Shown here: positions 25,906 to 35,147 of the stretch, one piece after another
How the letters are laid out: each line of letters starts with the position of its first letter
Numbering within the stretch: the first letter of the stretch is position 1
Assembly (NCBI GenBank): GCA_910587685.1
Contig: CAJUMY010000004.1
Coordinates: 47,706-111,705 of the forward strand
Direction: 5' to 3'
Length of the DNA stretch: 64,000 nt
Source: an uncultured Christensenellaceae bacterium
GTDB lineage: Bacteria > Bacillota > Clostridia > Christensenellales > UBA3700
Program-made: the position numbers and the translations under genes
Notes under the pieces: generated by a model
The model's database searches: none
Told to the model about the DNA's origin: nothing
What the model saw: only the letters and a program-made list of their open reading frames with translations

Positions 25906-27040
25906 AGATATTGCCAAAAAAATTCGTGTTGTTGTCGTTGGTGGAATAAGAACACATTACATAAAAATTAATGCTATCCAAAAAGAATACGCAAAACTTC
26001 CTCTTGAGTTGCAAAACCAATTTGAGGTTATTTATGTGAATGTTGGACAGCATTATGATTATGCTCTAACTTGTCATATTGAGGCGTTAGGTGTTCATTT
26101 TGATTATACTTTACAGCATGAATCTAAAGCCTCGTATGATATTTTATCATCAATATTTAAACAGTTCGGTAATTTATTGGATGACATATCCCAAAGCGGA
26201 AAAATTGACTATGTTGTTGTTATGGGTGATGTTGCTACAACAGCGGTATCCGCTATGGTTGCAATTGTTAAGGCGATTAAAGTAGTCCATATAGAAGGCG
26301 GTGTACGGGTTAAAAGGGGCAATGGGAATGAGGAATTTTATAGGACTATTGCCGATCATTGCTCAACACTTTGTTTTGCAAGCACGCATGAGGATTACAC
26401 CAATTTGATTAAAGAGGCTTTTAGTACTCGTGCCTATTTCTCTGGAGATATTATGTATGATTTTGTAAAAGATTACTTTAAAAACAAATCTTTTACAGAG
26501 TTTAACTACATCATAGGTAACAAGCTCAAAAGCTATAAAATAACTAATAACTCGTATATTTTATCATCCTTGCATCATGTCGAGAATATAGAGGTTGACT
26601 TATTGCAGAATTTATTTAACGCTTTTTTCCAGAGTCAATTCGATAGTATTTTTATAGCTCATCCTAGAATTAAAAAGTTGATTGCTGACAACCGAATTGA
26701 TACACAAAAGACCCTCGTTGTTGACGCTATACCATACCAAGAAAATCTGAAAGCAATTAAGAGTAGTGTTTTTTGCTTTACCGATTCTGGGGGTATACAA
26801 AGAGAGGCGTACTACTTTAATAAGCGCTGCATTGTATGTAGCGATTTAACCGTTTGGGATTCGATTATCAAAACGGGAAGCAACATCACAATTGGCAAAA
26901 CCATGGAAGAGGTAAACCGTGGGCTTCGGTGGGCAGAAGAGAATGCTAATGCCAATTATGAATATGATGGTTGCTTTGGAGATGGACAGGCAGTTAAAAC
27001 TATTTTTGGGAAGATTTTAGAACATTATGAAACTATCTGA
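25877..27040 (+). CDS. UDP-N-acetylglucosamine 2-epimerase-like (Epimerase_2 family)
   Basis: The pattern VVVMGDVATTAVSAMVA...VVHIEGGVR...FTDSGGIQREAYYF mirrors WecB motifs. The start is uncertain (29-nt overlap with the upstream gene). Confidence 0.6.
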   Translation: MSVVQSVINKDIAKKIRVVVVGGIRTHYIKINAIQKEYAKLPLELQNQFEVIYVNVGQHYDYALTCHIEALGVHFDYTLQHESKASYDILSSIFKQFGNLLDDISQSGKIDYVVVMGDVATTAVSAMVAIVKAIKVVHIEGGVRVKRGNGNEEFYRTIADHCSTLCFASTHEDYTNLIKEAFSTRAYFSGDIMYDFVKDYFKNKSFTEFNYIIGNKLKSYKITNNSYILSSLHHVENIEVDLLQNLFNAFFQSQFDSIFIAHPRIKKLIADNRIDTQKTLVVDAIPYQENLKAIKSSVFCFTDSGGIQREAYYFNKRCIVCSDLTVWDSIIKTGSNITIGKTMEEVNRGLRWAEENANANYEYDGCFGDGQAVKTIFGKILEHYETI

Positions 27041-27914
27041 TTTTATTTGTTGTGATTTGGAGATTGAGCAAGATTGTGATTTCGATGCACTAATAAAAAT
27101 AGACGATCGGTTTGATGGTCGCGCTTTAACATTTGTAGAAAATGAAAAATATATTGATAAGGTTATAGATAGTAAAAGCATCGTTGGTATAATCATAGCA
27201 AAAGAGCTAAAAGGTAAAATAAAAAACAAACAATTAGGTATTGCCTATTCTTCTGTACCAAAGGCGTCGCTTATACGTATCAATAATATGATGCTCCCTC
27301 ATTTTAATGAAACACAGATTGGTAATAGCTGTAAAATATCTCCAAGCGCAAACATTAGTCCTGATGGAGTCGTAATTGGAGATAATGTTGTTATCGAAGA
27401 TAATGTAACTATTTATTCGGGTACCGTTATTGGATCAAATTGCATTATAGGTAGTCATAGCGTTATTGGAAGTGATTGTTACGAGAGATGCTTAGATGAA
27501 AATGGCAATCATGTGATTGCCACGCATAAAGGTGGCGTTATTATCAGAGATAATACTATAATTGAACAAAGAGTAATTATTGATAAGGCCTTGTTTAATT
27601 GGGATAATACCGAAATTGGTTGTAAATGTTTTGTGGGTCGCGATGCTTGCATCGCCCATGGTTGCAAATTATTTGAAAATGTTTACATTTACCATAGAGC
27701 ATTTTTATGCGGCAATGTTATTGTGGAAAGAAATAGTAAAATTGGGATAGGAGCTATTGTTGCTAACAGAGTTCATATTGGAGAAAATGCAGACATTAAG
27801 CTAGGTAGTGTTGTAACTAAAAATGTTGAGAATAATTCGGCAGTGTCGGGCAATTTTGCCATTCCGCACTCTGTCTTGATTGAAACGATAAAAAAATTAG
27901 CAAAGAGCCAATGA
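27027..27914 (+). CDS. LpxD-like left-handed beta-helix acyl/acetyltransferase
   Basis: N-terminal LpxD-like domain (ALTFVENEKYIDKV...) followed by hexapeptide repeats (IGDNVVIEDNVTIYSGTVIGSNCIIGSHSVIG). Confidence 0.7.
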   Translation: MKLSDFICCDLEIEQDCDFDALIKIDDRFDGRALTFVENEKYIDKVIDSKSIVGIIIAKELKGKIKNKQLGIAYSSVPKASLIRINNMMLPHFNETQIGNSCKISPSANISPDGVVIGDNVVIEDNVTIYSGTVIGSNCIIGSHSVIGSDCYERCLDENGNHVIATHKGGVIIRDNTIIEQRVIIDKALFNWDNTEIGCKCFVGRDACIAHGCKLFENVYIYHRAFLCGNVIVERNSKIGIGAIVANRVHIGENADIKLGSVVTKNVENNSAVSGNFAIPHSVLIETIKKLAKSQ

Positions 27915-28007
27915 AATGTTTTACAGAATATGTGTGGATACCTATCCTCCTGTGATAACTGTATTACATCAATATTAATAGAAATTTGTTGCTATTAAAT
28001 CCAAGAG

Positions 28008-28046
28008 AAAACCGAGAGTTGAAAAACTCCCGGTTTTATTTTTTTA
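28008..28046 (+). terminator. intrinsic terminator ending the cargo operon
   Basis: AACCGAGAG-TTGAAAAA-CTCCCGGTT (one mismatch) followed by TTATTTTTTT. Confidence 0.55.
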
Positions 28047-28167
28047 CCGACGATTAAGGCTATAAAGAGTAAGAGGTTACTCAGTATTTATTTTATAAAT
28101 CTTTTAAGAAAAGAGATAATCCGAACCATTCGCTTGTAACAAGTAAACAATTCGGATTATACTCTTT

Positions 28168-28244
28168 TGGTGCACCCTAAGGGATTCGAACCCCTAACCT
28201 TTCGGTCCGTAGCCGAATGCTCTATCCAGTTGAGCTAAGAGTGC
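28168..28244 (-). tRNA. tRNA-Arg (anticodon ACG)
   Basis: The reverse complement GCACUCUUAGCUCAACUGGAUAGAGCAUUCGGCUACGGACCGAAAGGUUAGGGGUUCGAAUCCCUUAGGGUGCACCA folds as a cloverleaf. Anticodon loop CUACGGA, encoded CCA. Confidence 0.9.
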
Positions 28245-28267
28245 AAAAATATTGATTTGACTTAGTT

Positions 28268-28296
28268 ATTCTATAATAAAATAAGTCGATTGTCAA
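28268..28296 (-). promoter_or_regulatory. promoter candidate for tRNA-Arg (TTGACA-17-TAGAAT)
   Basis: On the minus strand: -35 TTGACA (28291..28296), 17-bp spacer, -10 TAGAAT (28268..28273). Confidence 0.4.
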
Positions 28297-28620
28297 CATA
28301 TTGGACGGTCTTTTTTGATATGATTTGTAGAAAAGTAAGTTTGATTTTAACTGTAGGCGACTATAGGACGCATTTTGCAGAGTTTATATAAGAGCCGTTA
28401 TAAGGATCGCGTAAGCGAATATTAATAAAATTCCGATATTGACAGGGTATTAAGAGCTATGCTATAATTATCGAGATATTAGTTTTGGTAATATCTTGGA
28501 GCAAAACATCATTATATGTATTTTGATTTGCATATTTATAACAGAAGAAAACGTTGTCTTTGTATGAATCAAGACAATGCAAAAAAGCTAAAATTTCCGA
28601 TTGCAGAAGGATATTGATAT

Positions 28621-29501
28621 ATGAAAAAAATAGTTACGTTTGCAGTTATTCTTGTCCTCGCGTTGACGCTTTCCGCATGTAGCGGCGAAGCGATAACGCC
28701 GAACGAGCCGTACGATATGAACGACGGGATCGAAATGGGAGAATATAAAGAAACCGCATTCACTGTCGCGTCATACAATATTAAGGGCGGCGACGCGACG
28801 CTTGGATCCGTAAAAGGCATAAATGAAAATATCGTAAACGTCGGCGCGGATATAGCGGGACTTCAGGAGGTTGACCACCTTTCGGAGAGAAGCGGCAAAA
28901 AAGACTTCTTACAGATATCAGAGAAGGCGTAATGAATAACGTATCGTATTTCCCAATGATGTTAAAAGGATTCGGAGAGACTTACGGCATAGCGTCCGTG
29001 TCGAAAACGCCTATTTCAAGATCTCACTCATTTAAGCTGCCTTATCCGTATAAATACGAAAGAAGCGACGTTGAGAAGAGAATAATCATGCGTTCGCTCG
29101 TTAAGATAGACGGCGTTCAGATAGCCTTTTACAATACGCATCTTTCGTATGAGAACGTGAAAATGCCGAACGGGCAAAGTCTTAGGCAAGCTCAAATCGA
29201 GTATATTCTGGAGCTGCTCGAGAGCGACCCGTGTCCGTATAAAATAGTTGTCGGAGATTTTAACTCGCTGAGTTTTGAAGAATTCGACGTTTTGCTAAAG
29301 GAAGGATATAATATAGTAAATAATAACGATAACAGGCTCGATACGTACAGAGGAGACGACGCGGAATTTTTAGCTATAGATAACGTCGTATATTCGGAGT
29401 CTTTGGAACTTATAGAGTCGGGGAAGAACGACAGCGACTGCTCCGATCACAATATGATTTACGCTACGTTTAAGACGGTCATGCGAGCAGAAAACATATA
29501 G
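28621..29501 (+). pseudogene. endonuclease/exonuclease/phosphatase (EEP) family lipoprotein, frameshifted
   Basis: Lipoprotein signal MKKIVTFAVILVLALTLSAC. EEP motifs are split over two frames: SYNIKG and GLQEV in ORF1, GDFNS and CSDHN in ORF2. ORF1's TAA overlaps ORF2's ATG at 28930..28934. Confidence 0.65.
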
Positions 29502-29806
29502 TAGTAAAAACGCAATAAGGTTGATCATCGGTTGCGTTTTATGGTTCGAGATTTTATCATTGCCGTAAAGCGTATGAATTAGGTCTATTTCGATATTGCG
29601 ACAAATATTCGAATATCAACGGGTAACGGCGGCGAGGCATTATTATTTGATCAGATGCCGATAACGTAAAAAAGTTGATAGCGGAGCTCAAAAGGGTTCG
29701 GAAAAGGATTTGATTGCGACTTAGCGTCGATTATTTTTATTGTGAAGGGTATAGGTTTGAAAAACCGTCGGTATAGCGTTATGCTCCGACGGTTTTAACG
29801 GTGATT

Positions 29807-30013
29807 TCATTTTTCAAGTTCGAACAAATCGTTCGGTTCAATTCCGAAATGTTTATGGAGAAGATATATACTGTCGTATCCCGGTTTCTTATTGCCCAAA
29901 AGCCATTGGCTGACGGTTGTTTGATTGACGCCGAGAATATCCGCAAATTCTTGCTGACTGAATTTGTTTTCCGACATTATTTCTTTTATGATTTCTATAT
30001 ATGGATAAGTCAT
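29807..30013 (-). CDS. XRE-family HTH protein (68 aa)
   Basis: FSQQEFADILGVNQTTVSQWLLGNKKP is a typical HTH_XRE. A hairpin terminator lies at ~29760..29800. Confidence 0.8.
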   Translation of the reverse strand: MTYPYIEIIKEIMSENKFSQQEFADILGVNQTTVSQWLLGNKKPGYDSIYLLHKHFGIEPNDLFELEK

Positions 30014-30032
30014 GATATGATTATATGCAATT

Positions 30033-30059
30033 TTAGGTCACAAGTAATAAATTAGGTCA
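30033..30059. promoter_or_regulatory. direct repeat TTAGGTCA x2, possible XRE operator
   Basis: TTAGGTCA at 30033..30040 and 30052..30059, in the divergent promoter region next to the XRE gene. Confidence 0.3.
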
Positions 30060-30065
30060 AAAGTC

Positions 30066-30185
30066 TTGACAATGTGACAATAATCGTGTATAATCAATAG
30101 CAGAAAAACATTATTTGGCTACATATACTCTCAGCCTGTAATGCTAATTAAAACCAACTGCGTTTATTAGTGTTGGTTGTTTTGC
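30066..30185 (+). ncRNA. candidate short transcript (consensus promoter + hairpin terminator, ~85 nt)
   Basis: TTGACA (30066..30071)-17-TATAAT (30089..30094). Hairpin AACCAAC...GTTGGTT (30152..30178) followed by GTTTT. There is no RBS-preceded ORF inside. Confidence 0.25.
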
Positions 30186-31113
30186 GGGAACGTCGATTTA
30201 TTCGGCGTTTTCGTATTTTATAAAGATTTAATACGTAAAGGCGGAGATTTCCGTGACGGTATCGAAAATATTATTGCGCTCTAAGTTCTTGTTTGCATTT
30301 TTTACGAGCGTATTTGGCAAATAGTTGATAACATAAAATTTACGTATTTCAATCGCGCTTAACAAAGGAGACTATATGCTTTTAGCGGAGTACGAAATGC
30401 GGGCAGTCGCGGCTAAGATATATGCCTGCGGCGTCGGGATAATTTGATATCAGCGCGATGACAAATAAATAAAATAGTATTGTCGATATTTTGCCGATAA
30501 GAGAAAATTTATTTAATATACCATTGATAAAAGCGGAGATCTGTTATATATCTCCGCTTTTACTGTTTAGAAGTTTCGTCGGTTGAAGAGCGGACGCAAT
30601 TACAGTTTGATTTTTTTATCATCTATAGTTTTTGGATAAAGAAAGACGGCTTTCGCCGTCTTTCTTTACAAACTAAAATCAGGAGTGTTTATGAAAACAA
30701 TGTGCAAAACATTGGCATATCTCTTTTTGTCGTCGAGAGCGTCGCTGTCGAAGCGGTTTATCGGTTAGCTTTACCTTGGCTCGGGCGGTAAGCTCCGACA
30801 GCTTGAACTCTCATTTGAACATTCTATTAAAAGGGGGGTAGGTTATATATGTCTTCTCACCGAGCCTTTTCGTAACAGGAACTTCTTTTCCTTTACGTAT
30901 ATAATGATAACGCCGCTTTATGAACTTTCAAAAGGACGTTAATGAAGAACATGTGAAAATAATTCATCGAATGTAAATATTTTGGAAAGTAATATTCGGG
31001 TAGTATATATTTTGTGTAAAAAGCCTATTTGGCGTTAAAAATCGCCAAAGAAAGTTGTAAAGCGTATAAATCGGCGTTTATGGGTAATAAATCACACGTT
31101 TAAGGAGATTGAA

Positions 31114-32547
31114 ATGGACGTACTTGAAAGAGCAGCGGAAGTTGAAAGCAAAATGTCGGGATCAGAAGACGTGATAAGACTCGATTTTAAGATAGCGGGC
31201 AAAAGCGCCGTCATATTCTATATAGACGCGATGATAGACAAGATGGCGTTCGAGATTGGCGTTATGAAGCCGCTCAAAGGTATCGAAGAAATCTCGATGC
31301 CTTATGAAAAGAGTTTCAATAGGGTCGTGACTTCGTCGATGCCTATATACGTAGAGGATTTCGAAAAGGCGATAGAAAAGTTGGCGTCGTCCGATATGAT
31401 GATGCTGGTTGAGGGAAGCGACGACTCGTATATAATATCTCTTCGCTCCTTTGCGATGAGAGTGCCGAACGAACCTCCGAGGGAGACGGTCCTAAAGGGT
31501 CCGAGAGAAGGATTCGTAGAAGATATCAAGACGAATATGACTCTCATAAGGCGAAGATTGAAAACGCCTGATTTGGCATTTGAAAATATGACCGCCGGCA
31601 AATATACAAAAACGCCGATATCGATATGTTATATAAAGGGTATCGCGGAAGAAAAGGTCGTCGAAGAGGTCAAGAGCAGGATAAAAGAAATAAACACGGA
31701 CGGCATACTCGATTCGTCGTACGTTGCAAGATATATAGAAGAGAGGAAGTATTCGATATTCAACGAAGTGGGTTCAGTTGAAAAGCCCGACGTTCTCACC
31801 GGAAAACTTCTCGAAGGACGAGTCGGCGTACTGGTAGACGGCTCGCCGATAGTTCTCACGGTTCCGCTAGTATTTTTAGAGCAGTTCCAATCGGCGGAAG
31901 ACTACTACGTCAAGAGCTTCAGAGCGACGTTCACGAGACTCGTGAGGATATTCGCATTCTTCCTTGCGATACTTCTGCCCGCGGGTTACGTAGCGCTTCA
32001 GGAGTTTCAATATCAGGTATTCCCGCTCAAGGTGCTTGCGTCGCTCATGAATACGATATTCGGAGTACCGCTGCCGCCGACGCTCGAGATGATATTCGTA
32101 CTGCTCATTTTCGAAATACTCAACGAAGCGGCGATACGAATGCCGAAGCATATCGGAACGTCTCTTTCCGTGGTCGGAGCGATAGTTCTCGGAGAAGCCG
32201 CGGTAAGCGCAGGACTCCTTTCGACGCCCACGATACTCGTCGTCGCGCTCTCATCTATCGGAATGTACACCGTTCCCGACGAAGCGGATTCTTCGAGTAT
32301 TCTCAGAATGTCGTTCGTGATAGTTTCGGGAGTTCTCGGACTTTACGGTCTCGTCATATCGTGCGTTGCGCTTGTAGCGTATCTTGTCAGCATTAAAGGA
32401 TTCGGAACGTCGTATCTTGCGCCTTTCTCTCCTTCGCTGCCCGCCGATATTAAGGATACCTTCATAATGCAGAACGAGCTCGATATGAAAAAACGCCCGT
32501 ACACTATACCGACTAATAACAGAACGAGGAAAAGGAATAATGGATAA
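31114..32547 (+). CDS. gerAA: spore germination protein, GerA/GerKA family (A subunit)
   Basis: 477 aa. GPREGFVEDIKTNMTLIRRRLKTPDL motif followed by C-terminal TM helices. AAGGAG RBS. Confidence 0.85.
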   Translation: MDVLERAAEVESKMSGSEDVIRLDFKIAGKSAVIFYIDAMIDKMAFEIGVMKPLKGIEEISMPYEKSFNRVVTSSMPIYVEDFEKAIEKLASSDMMMLVEGSDDSYIISLRSFAMRVPNEPPRETVLKGPREGFVEDIKTNMTLIRRRLKTPDLAFENMTAGKYTKTPISICYIKGIAEEKVVEEVKSRIKEINTDGILDSSYVARYIEERKYSIFNEVGSVEKPDVLTGKLLEGRVGVLVDGSPIVLTVPLVFLEQFQSAEDYYVKSFRATFTRLVRIFAFFLAILLPAGYVALQEFQYQVFPLKVLASLMNTIFGVPLPPTLEMIFVLLIFEILNEAAIRMPKHIGTSLSVVGAIVLGEAAVSAGLLSTPTILVVALSSIGMYTVPDEADSSSILRMSFVIVSGVLGLYGLVISCVALVAYLVSIKGFGTSYLAPFSPSLPADIKDTFIMQNELDMKKRPYTIPTNNRTRKRNNG

Positions 32548-33754
32548 GAGTTTGTTTACGGTAGGAAAGAGTATATATAAAAGGCAGCTCGCCGTAATAC
32601 TTTTCATAATATCGTTAAGTTACAAAATAGTCATGTTGCCGAAATATATGTCTATAGCGGCGTCGAGAGACTCTGCGCTCGTCATGGTCGTCATGATGGC
32701 AATAGAGACCGTTATGTTCTTTTTGGTATATGCGACTATCACCCGCTCGTCGATACTCGACGCGGGGTTCAACAAGTGGTTTTTGAAGGCGATGCTTGCG
32801 CTTCTTCTCTTCTCGAGCTCTATAAAACTCGTCGCGCTTCTTCCCGAAACGCTCGACTATATCAGCTCCATACTTTTCGAAGAGGGCAAGTGGTTCTTCA
32901 TCATAGTGTCGCTCCTCCCGGTGATAGGATATATAGCGTATAAGGGAATGAATACCATTGCAAGACTCAGCGAGATAATAATATGGTTCGTTATTCTCGC
33001 TATCGCTTTTACCGTGCTGTTTATGAAGGTCAATCTTGATTTTGCCAATCTATTCCCGATACTCGACGACGGCGTAGAGCCGTTAGGTAATGCGATAGAC
33101 AAGCATTTTTTGTGGTTCGGCGACTTTACGCCGCTCCTCATAGTGCGGCTTGCTAGGGAGGATAAAACGCGATTTGAGCGTGCATATCCGCCGCTTTCGA
33201 TGATACTTCTCGATTTTGCCGTCATAGGATTCTTCGTCGCGTTCATCGCTATATACGGGAACGTCGCGTCGTATATCGATCACGCCTTTTCAAATATCGG
33301 CGTTTATAACAAAATATCCGATATGCTGGGAGGCGTCGATTTCCCTATCATAATAGTTTGGCTCATGATGTCGATAATCAAGCTCTCGTTTCTTCTTTAT
33401 ACGGTGACGGAGTGTACGGCTGGCATAATTAAGGAAAAAATGAGCGATAAGGGAAAACTTATCATCGTAACGGCGGCTCTTGTTATAGTTTCGCTTATCC
33501 TGATATTCGCCATCGACAATATCGACACGTCTTACGAATTCGCGACTAGCGATATAAGATACTTCGTTATGGCTAGCGAATATTTAGTGCCGTTGATAGC
33601 GTTCATAGCTACGGCGGTCAAGTCCAAAAAGAGCAAGGAAGAAGTAAGCGATAACAGCGGTCGCAAGAACGAAATAGCCGTACGACAAAATTTCGAAATA
33701 GCAGAAGTATTGAAAGAACCTGCGTTCGGAGGTAAAAATGAAGAAAATAATTAA
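32540..33754 (+). CDS. gerAB: spore germination protein, GerAB-type permease (B subunit)
   Basis: ~10-TM polytopic protein. Overlaps the A subunit by 8 nt. Confidence 0.75.
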   Translation: MDKSLFTVGKSIYKRQLAVILFIISLSYKIVMLPKYMSIAASRDSALVMVVMMAIETVMFFLVYATITRSSILDAGFNKWFLKAMLALLLFSSSIKLVALLPETLDYISSILFEEGKWFFIIVSLLPVIGYIAYKGMNTIARLSEIIIWFVILAIAFTVLFMKVNLDFANLFPILDDGVEPLGNAIDKHFLWFGDFTPLLIVRLAREDKTRFERAYPPLSMILLDFAVIGFFVAFIAIYGNVASYIDHAFSNIGVYNKISDMLGGVDFPIIIVWLMMSIIKLSFLLYTVTECTAGIIKEKMSDKGKLIIVTAALVIVSLILIFAIDNIDTSYEFATSDIRYFVMASEYLVPLIAFIATAVKSKKSKEEVSDNSGRKNEIAVRQNFEIAEVLKEPAFGGKNEENN

Positions 33755-34874
33755 AAACAAATGGATACTTTTCGTCATACTCATTGTGGCGTTCGTTGTG
33801 CTCGATTTGCAGGTCAAGAACGCGCCGCTGGCGAACAGGGGCATAGTGCTCGGGATAGGAGTCGACCGCGACGGCAGGGAGTATTCGGTAACAGCTGAGT
33901 TTTTATCGCCGTCTAACGGGGGCGTTCAGAATTATCAGAAGAATACAATGCTTCTCACTGAAAAGGGAAAGACGCTCGACGAAGCGTTCGAAAAGATGAA
34001 TAAGACTCTCGGAATAAGAGTGTCGCTCAAGCATACCGTCCTTATCGTGCTCGGAGAAGATATAATGAAAGAGGGCGATTACGCGCCGCTTATCAATCTT
34101 CTTGAAGGCAATTCGGTATTTGACGATACGCCGATAGTGGGAGTGCGGGGCAAAGCGCAGGAGATATTCAACGCAAAGCCGCCGATGTATACTACCGTAT
34201 CGTATAGAATATCGGAGACGCTGAGAAGTCCCGATATCGAGGCGGGGGTCATCATAACGAACGTCAAAGATTTTTTTAGGATGATAACTTGCGAATGCGA
34301 GACGGCGTGCATACCGCTCGTCGACGTGATAGAGGGCGGAGCTAGCGAAACCGACAACGACGGCAATAAGGTGGAGACCGACAGCATAGAGCTCGGCGAG
34401 ATAGCGGTTCTCAAAAGGTCGGGGCTCAAACTCGTGCTCAATAACGGCGAAAGCGACGGACTCAGTTACGTGATATCGAATGTCAACGAGGGTAATATAT
34501 TCATAGAAAGAGACGGAGACAGACCGCCATTTGACGTCATTATCGTCGATACCGTGAGCTCGAAGAAGTTTGATAAAAAGACGAAGACCTATACCGTAGA
34601 CGTTAAGATGTGGGTCAGAGAAGGCAACAGTATGGAGACTGATATTACCGACAGCAGCGTAAAGATCACGGAGAGCATGAAGAAGGCCGTTGGAGAGACC
34701 GTAGCAAAAGAGATAATGCAGTGTTTCGAGACGTGCAAAGCAAAGCAGGCTGACGTTTTCGATATAGCCGGAGTACTTTATAAGTCGATGGGGAAAAAGT
34801 ACAAGGATACCTTCGGCGACAACTATCTTGAAAATATCAATTTTAACGTCAACGTAAAGATAATCGTAAAATGA
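33738..34874 (+). CDS. gerAC: Ger(x)C-family spore germination protein (C subunit)
   Basis: N-terminal signal/anchor followed by a soluble domain (GIVLGIGVDRD...). Third gene of the tricistronic operon. Confidence 0.75.
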   Translation: MKKIIKNKWILFVILIVAFVVLDLQVKNAPLANRGIVLGIGVDRDGREYSVTAEFLSPSNGGVQNYQKNTMLLTEKGKTLDEAFEKMNKTLGIRVSLKHTVLIVLGEDIMKEGDYAPLINLLEGNSVFDDTPIVGVRGKAQEIFNAKPPMYTTVSYRISETLRSPDIEAGVIITNVKDFFRMITCECETACIPLVDVIEGGASETDNDGNKVETDSIELGEIAVLKRSGLKLVLNNGESDGLSYVISNVNEGNIFIERDGDRPPFDVIIVDTVSSKKFDKKTKTYTVDVKMWVREGNSMETDITDSSVKITESMKKAVGETVAKEIMQCFETCKAKQADVFDIAGVLYKSMGKKYKDTFGDNYLENINFNVNVKIIVK

Positions 34875-35147
34875 GCGGACATATAATATACTTTTGATTA
34901 TATTTGCGGATAAAAAACGCGTTTTGAAATCTCTGCTCATCGACAGTATTTAAGTATATTGATAATATAGAAAGATCGTTTCGTATCTAGACTAATATGA
35001 TAGCGGTCGACAGTTTTGTTTTTGATAGATATGCCGAGGTCAGACCTCGGCATTTTTATGATGATTTTAGAAGCTGCCGATAATATAAGCGGCGATAAGG
35101 CGTCATAACCGTTTTTCACGCGCATAAAATAGTATGCGAGGTGAAGA

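Noticed and set aside
33903-34940. 345-aa minus-strand ORF antisense to gerAC. Similar long antisense ORFs occur at 41005..41793, 42804..43571, 47389..48432, 50629..51363, 52268..53251 and 54446..55363.
   Set aside because: Each is fully overlapped by a plus-strand gene with clear family motifs (Ger(x)C, SpeE, CANSDH, RNase R, MetA, lipoprotein). Their translations are low-complexity and Arg/Leu/Ser/Tyr-rich with no motifs or RBS. These are shadow ORFs typical of this codon bias.
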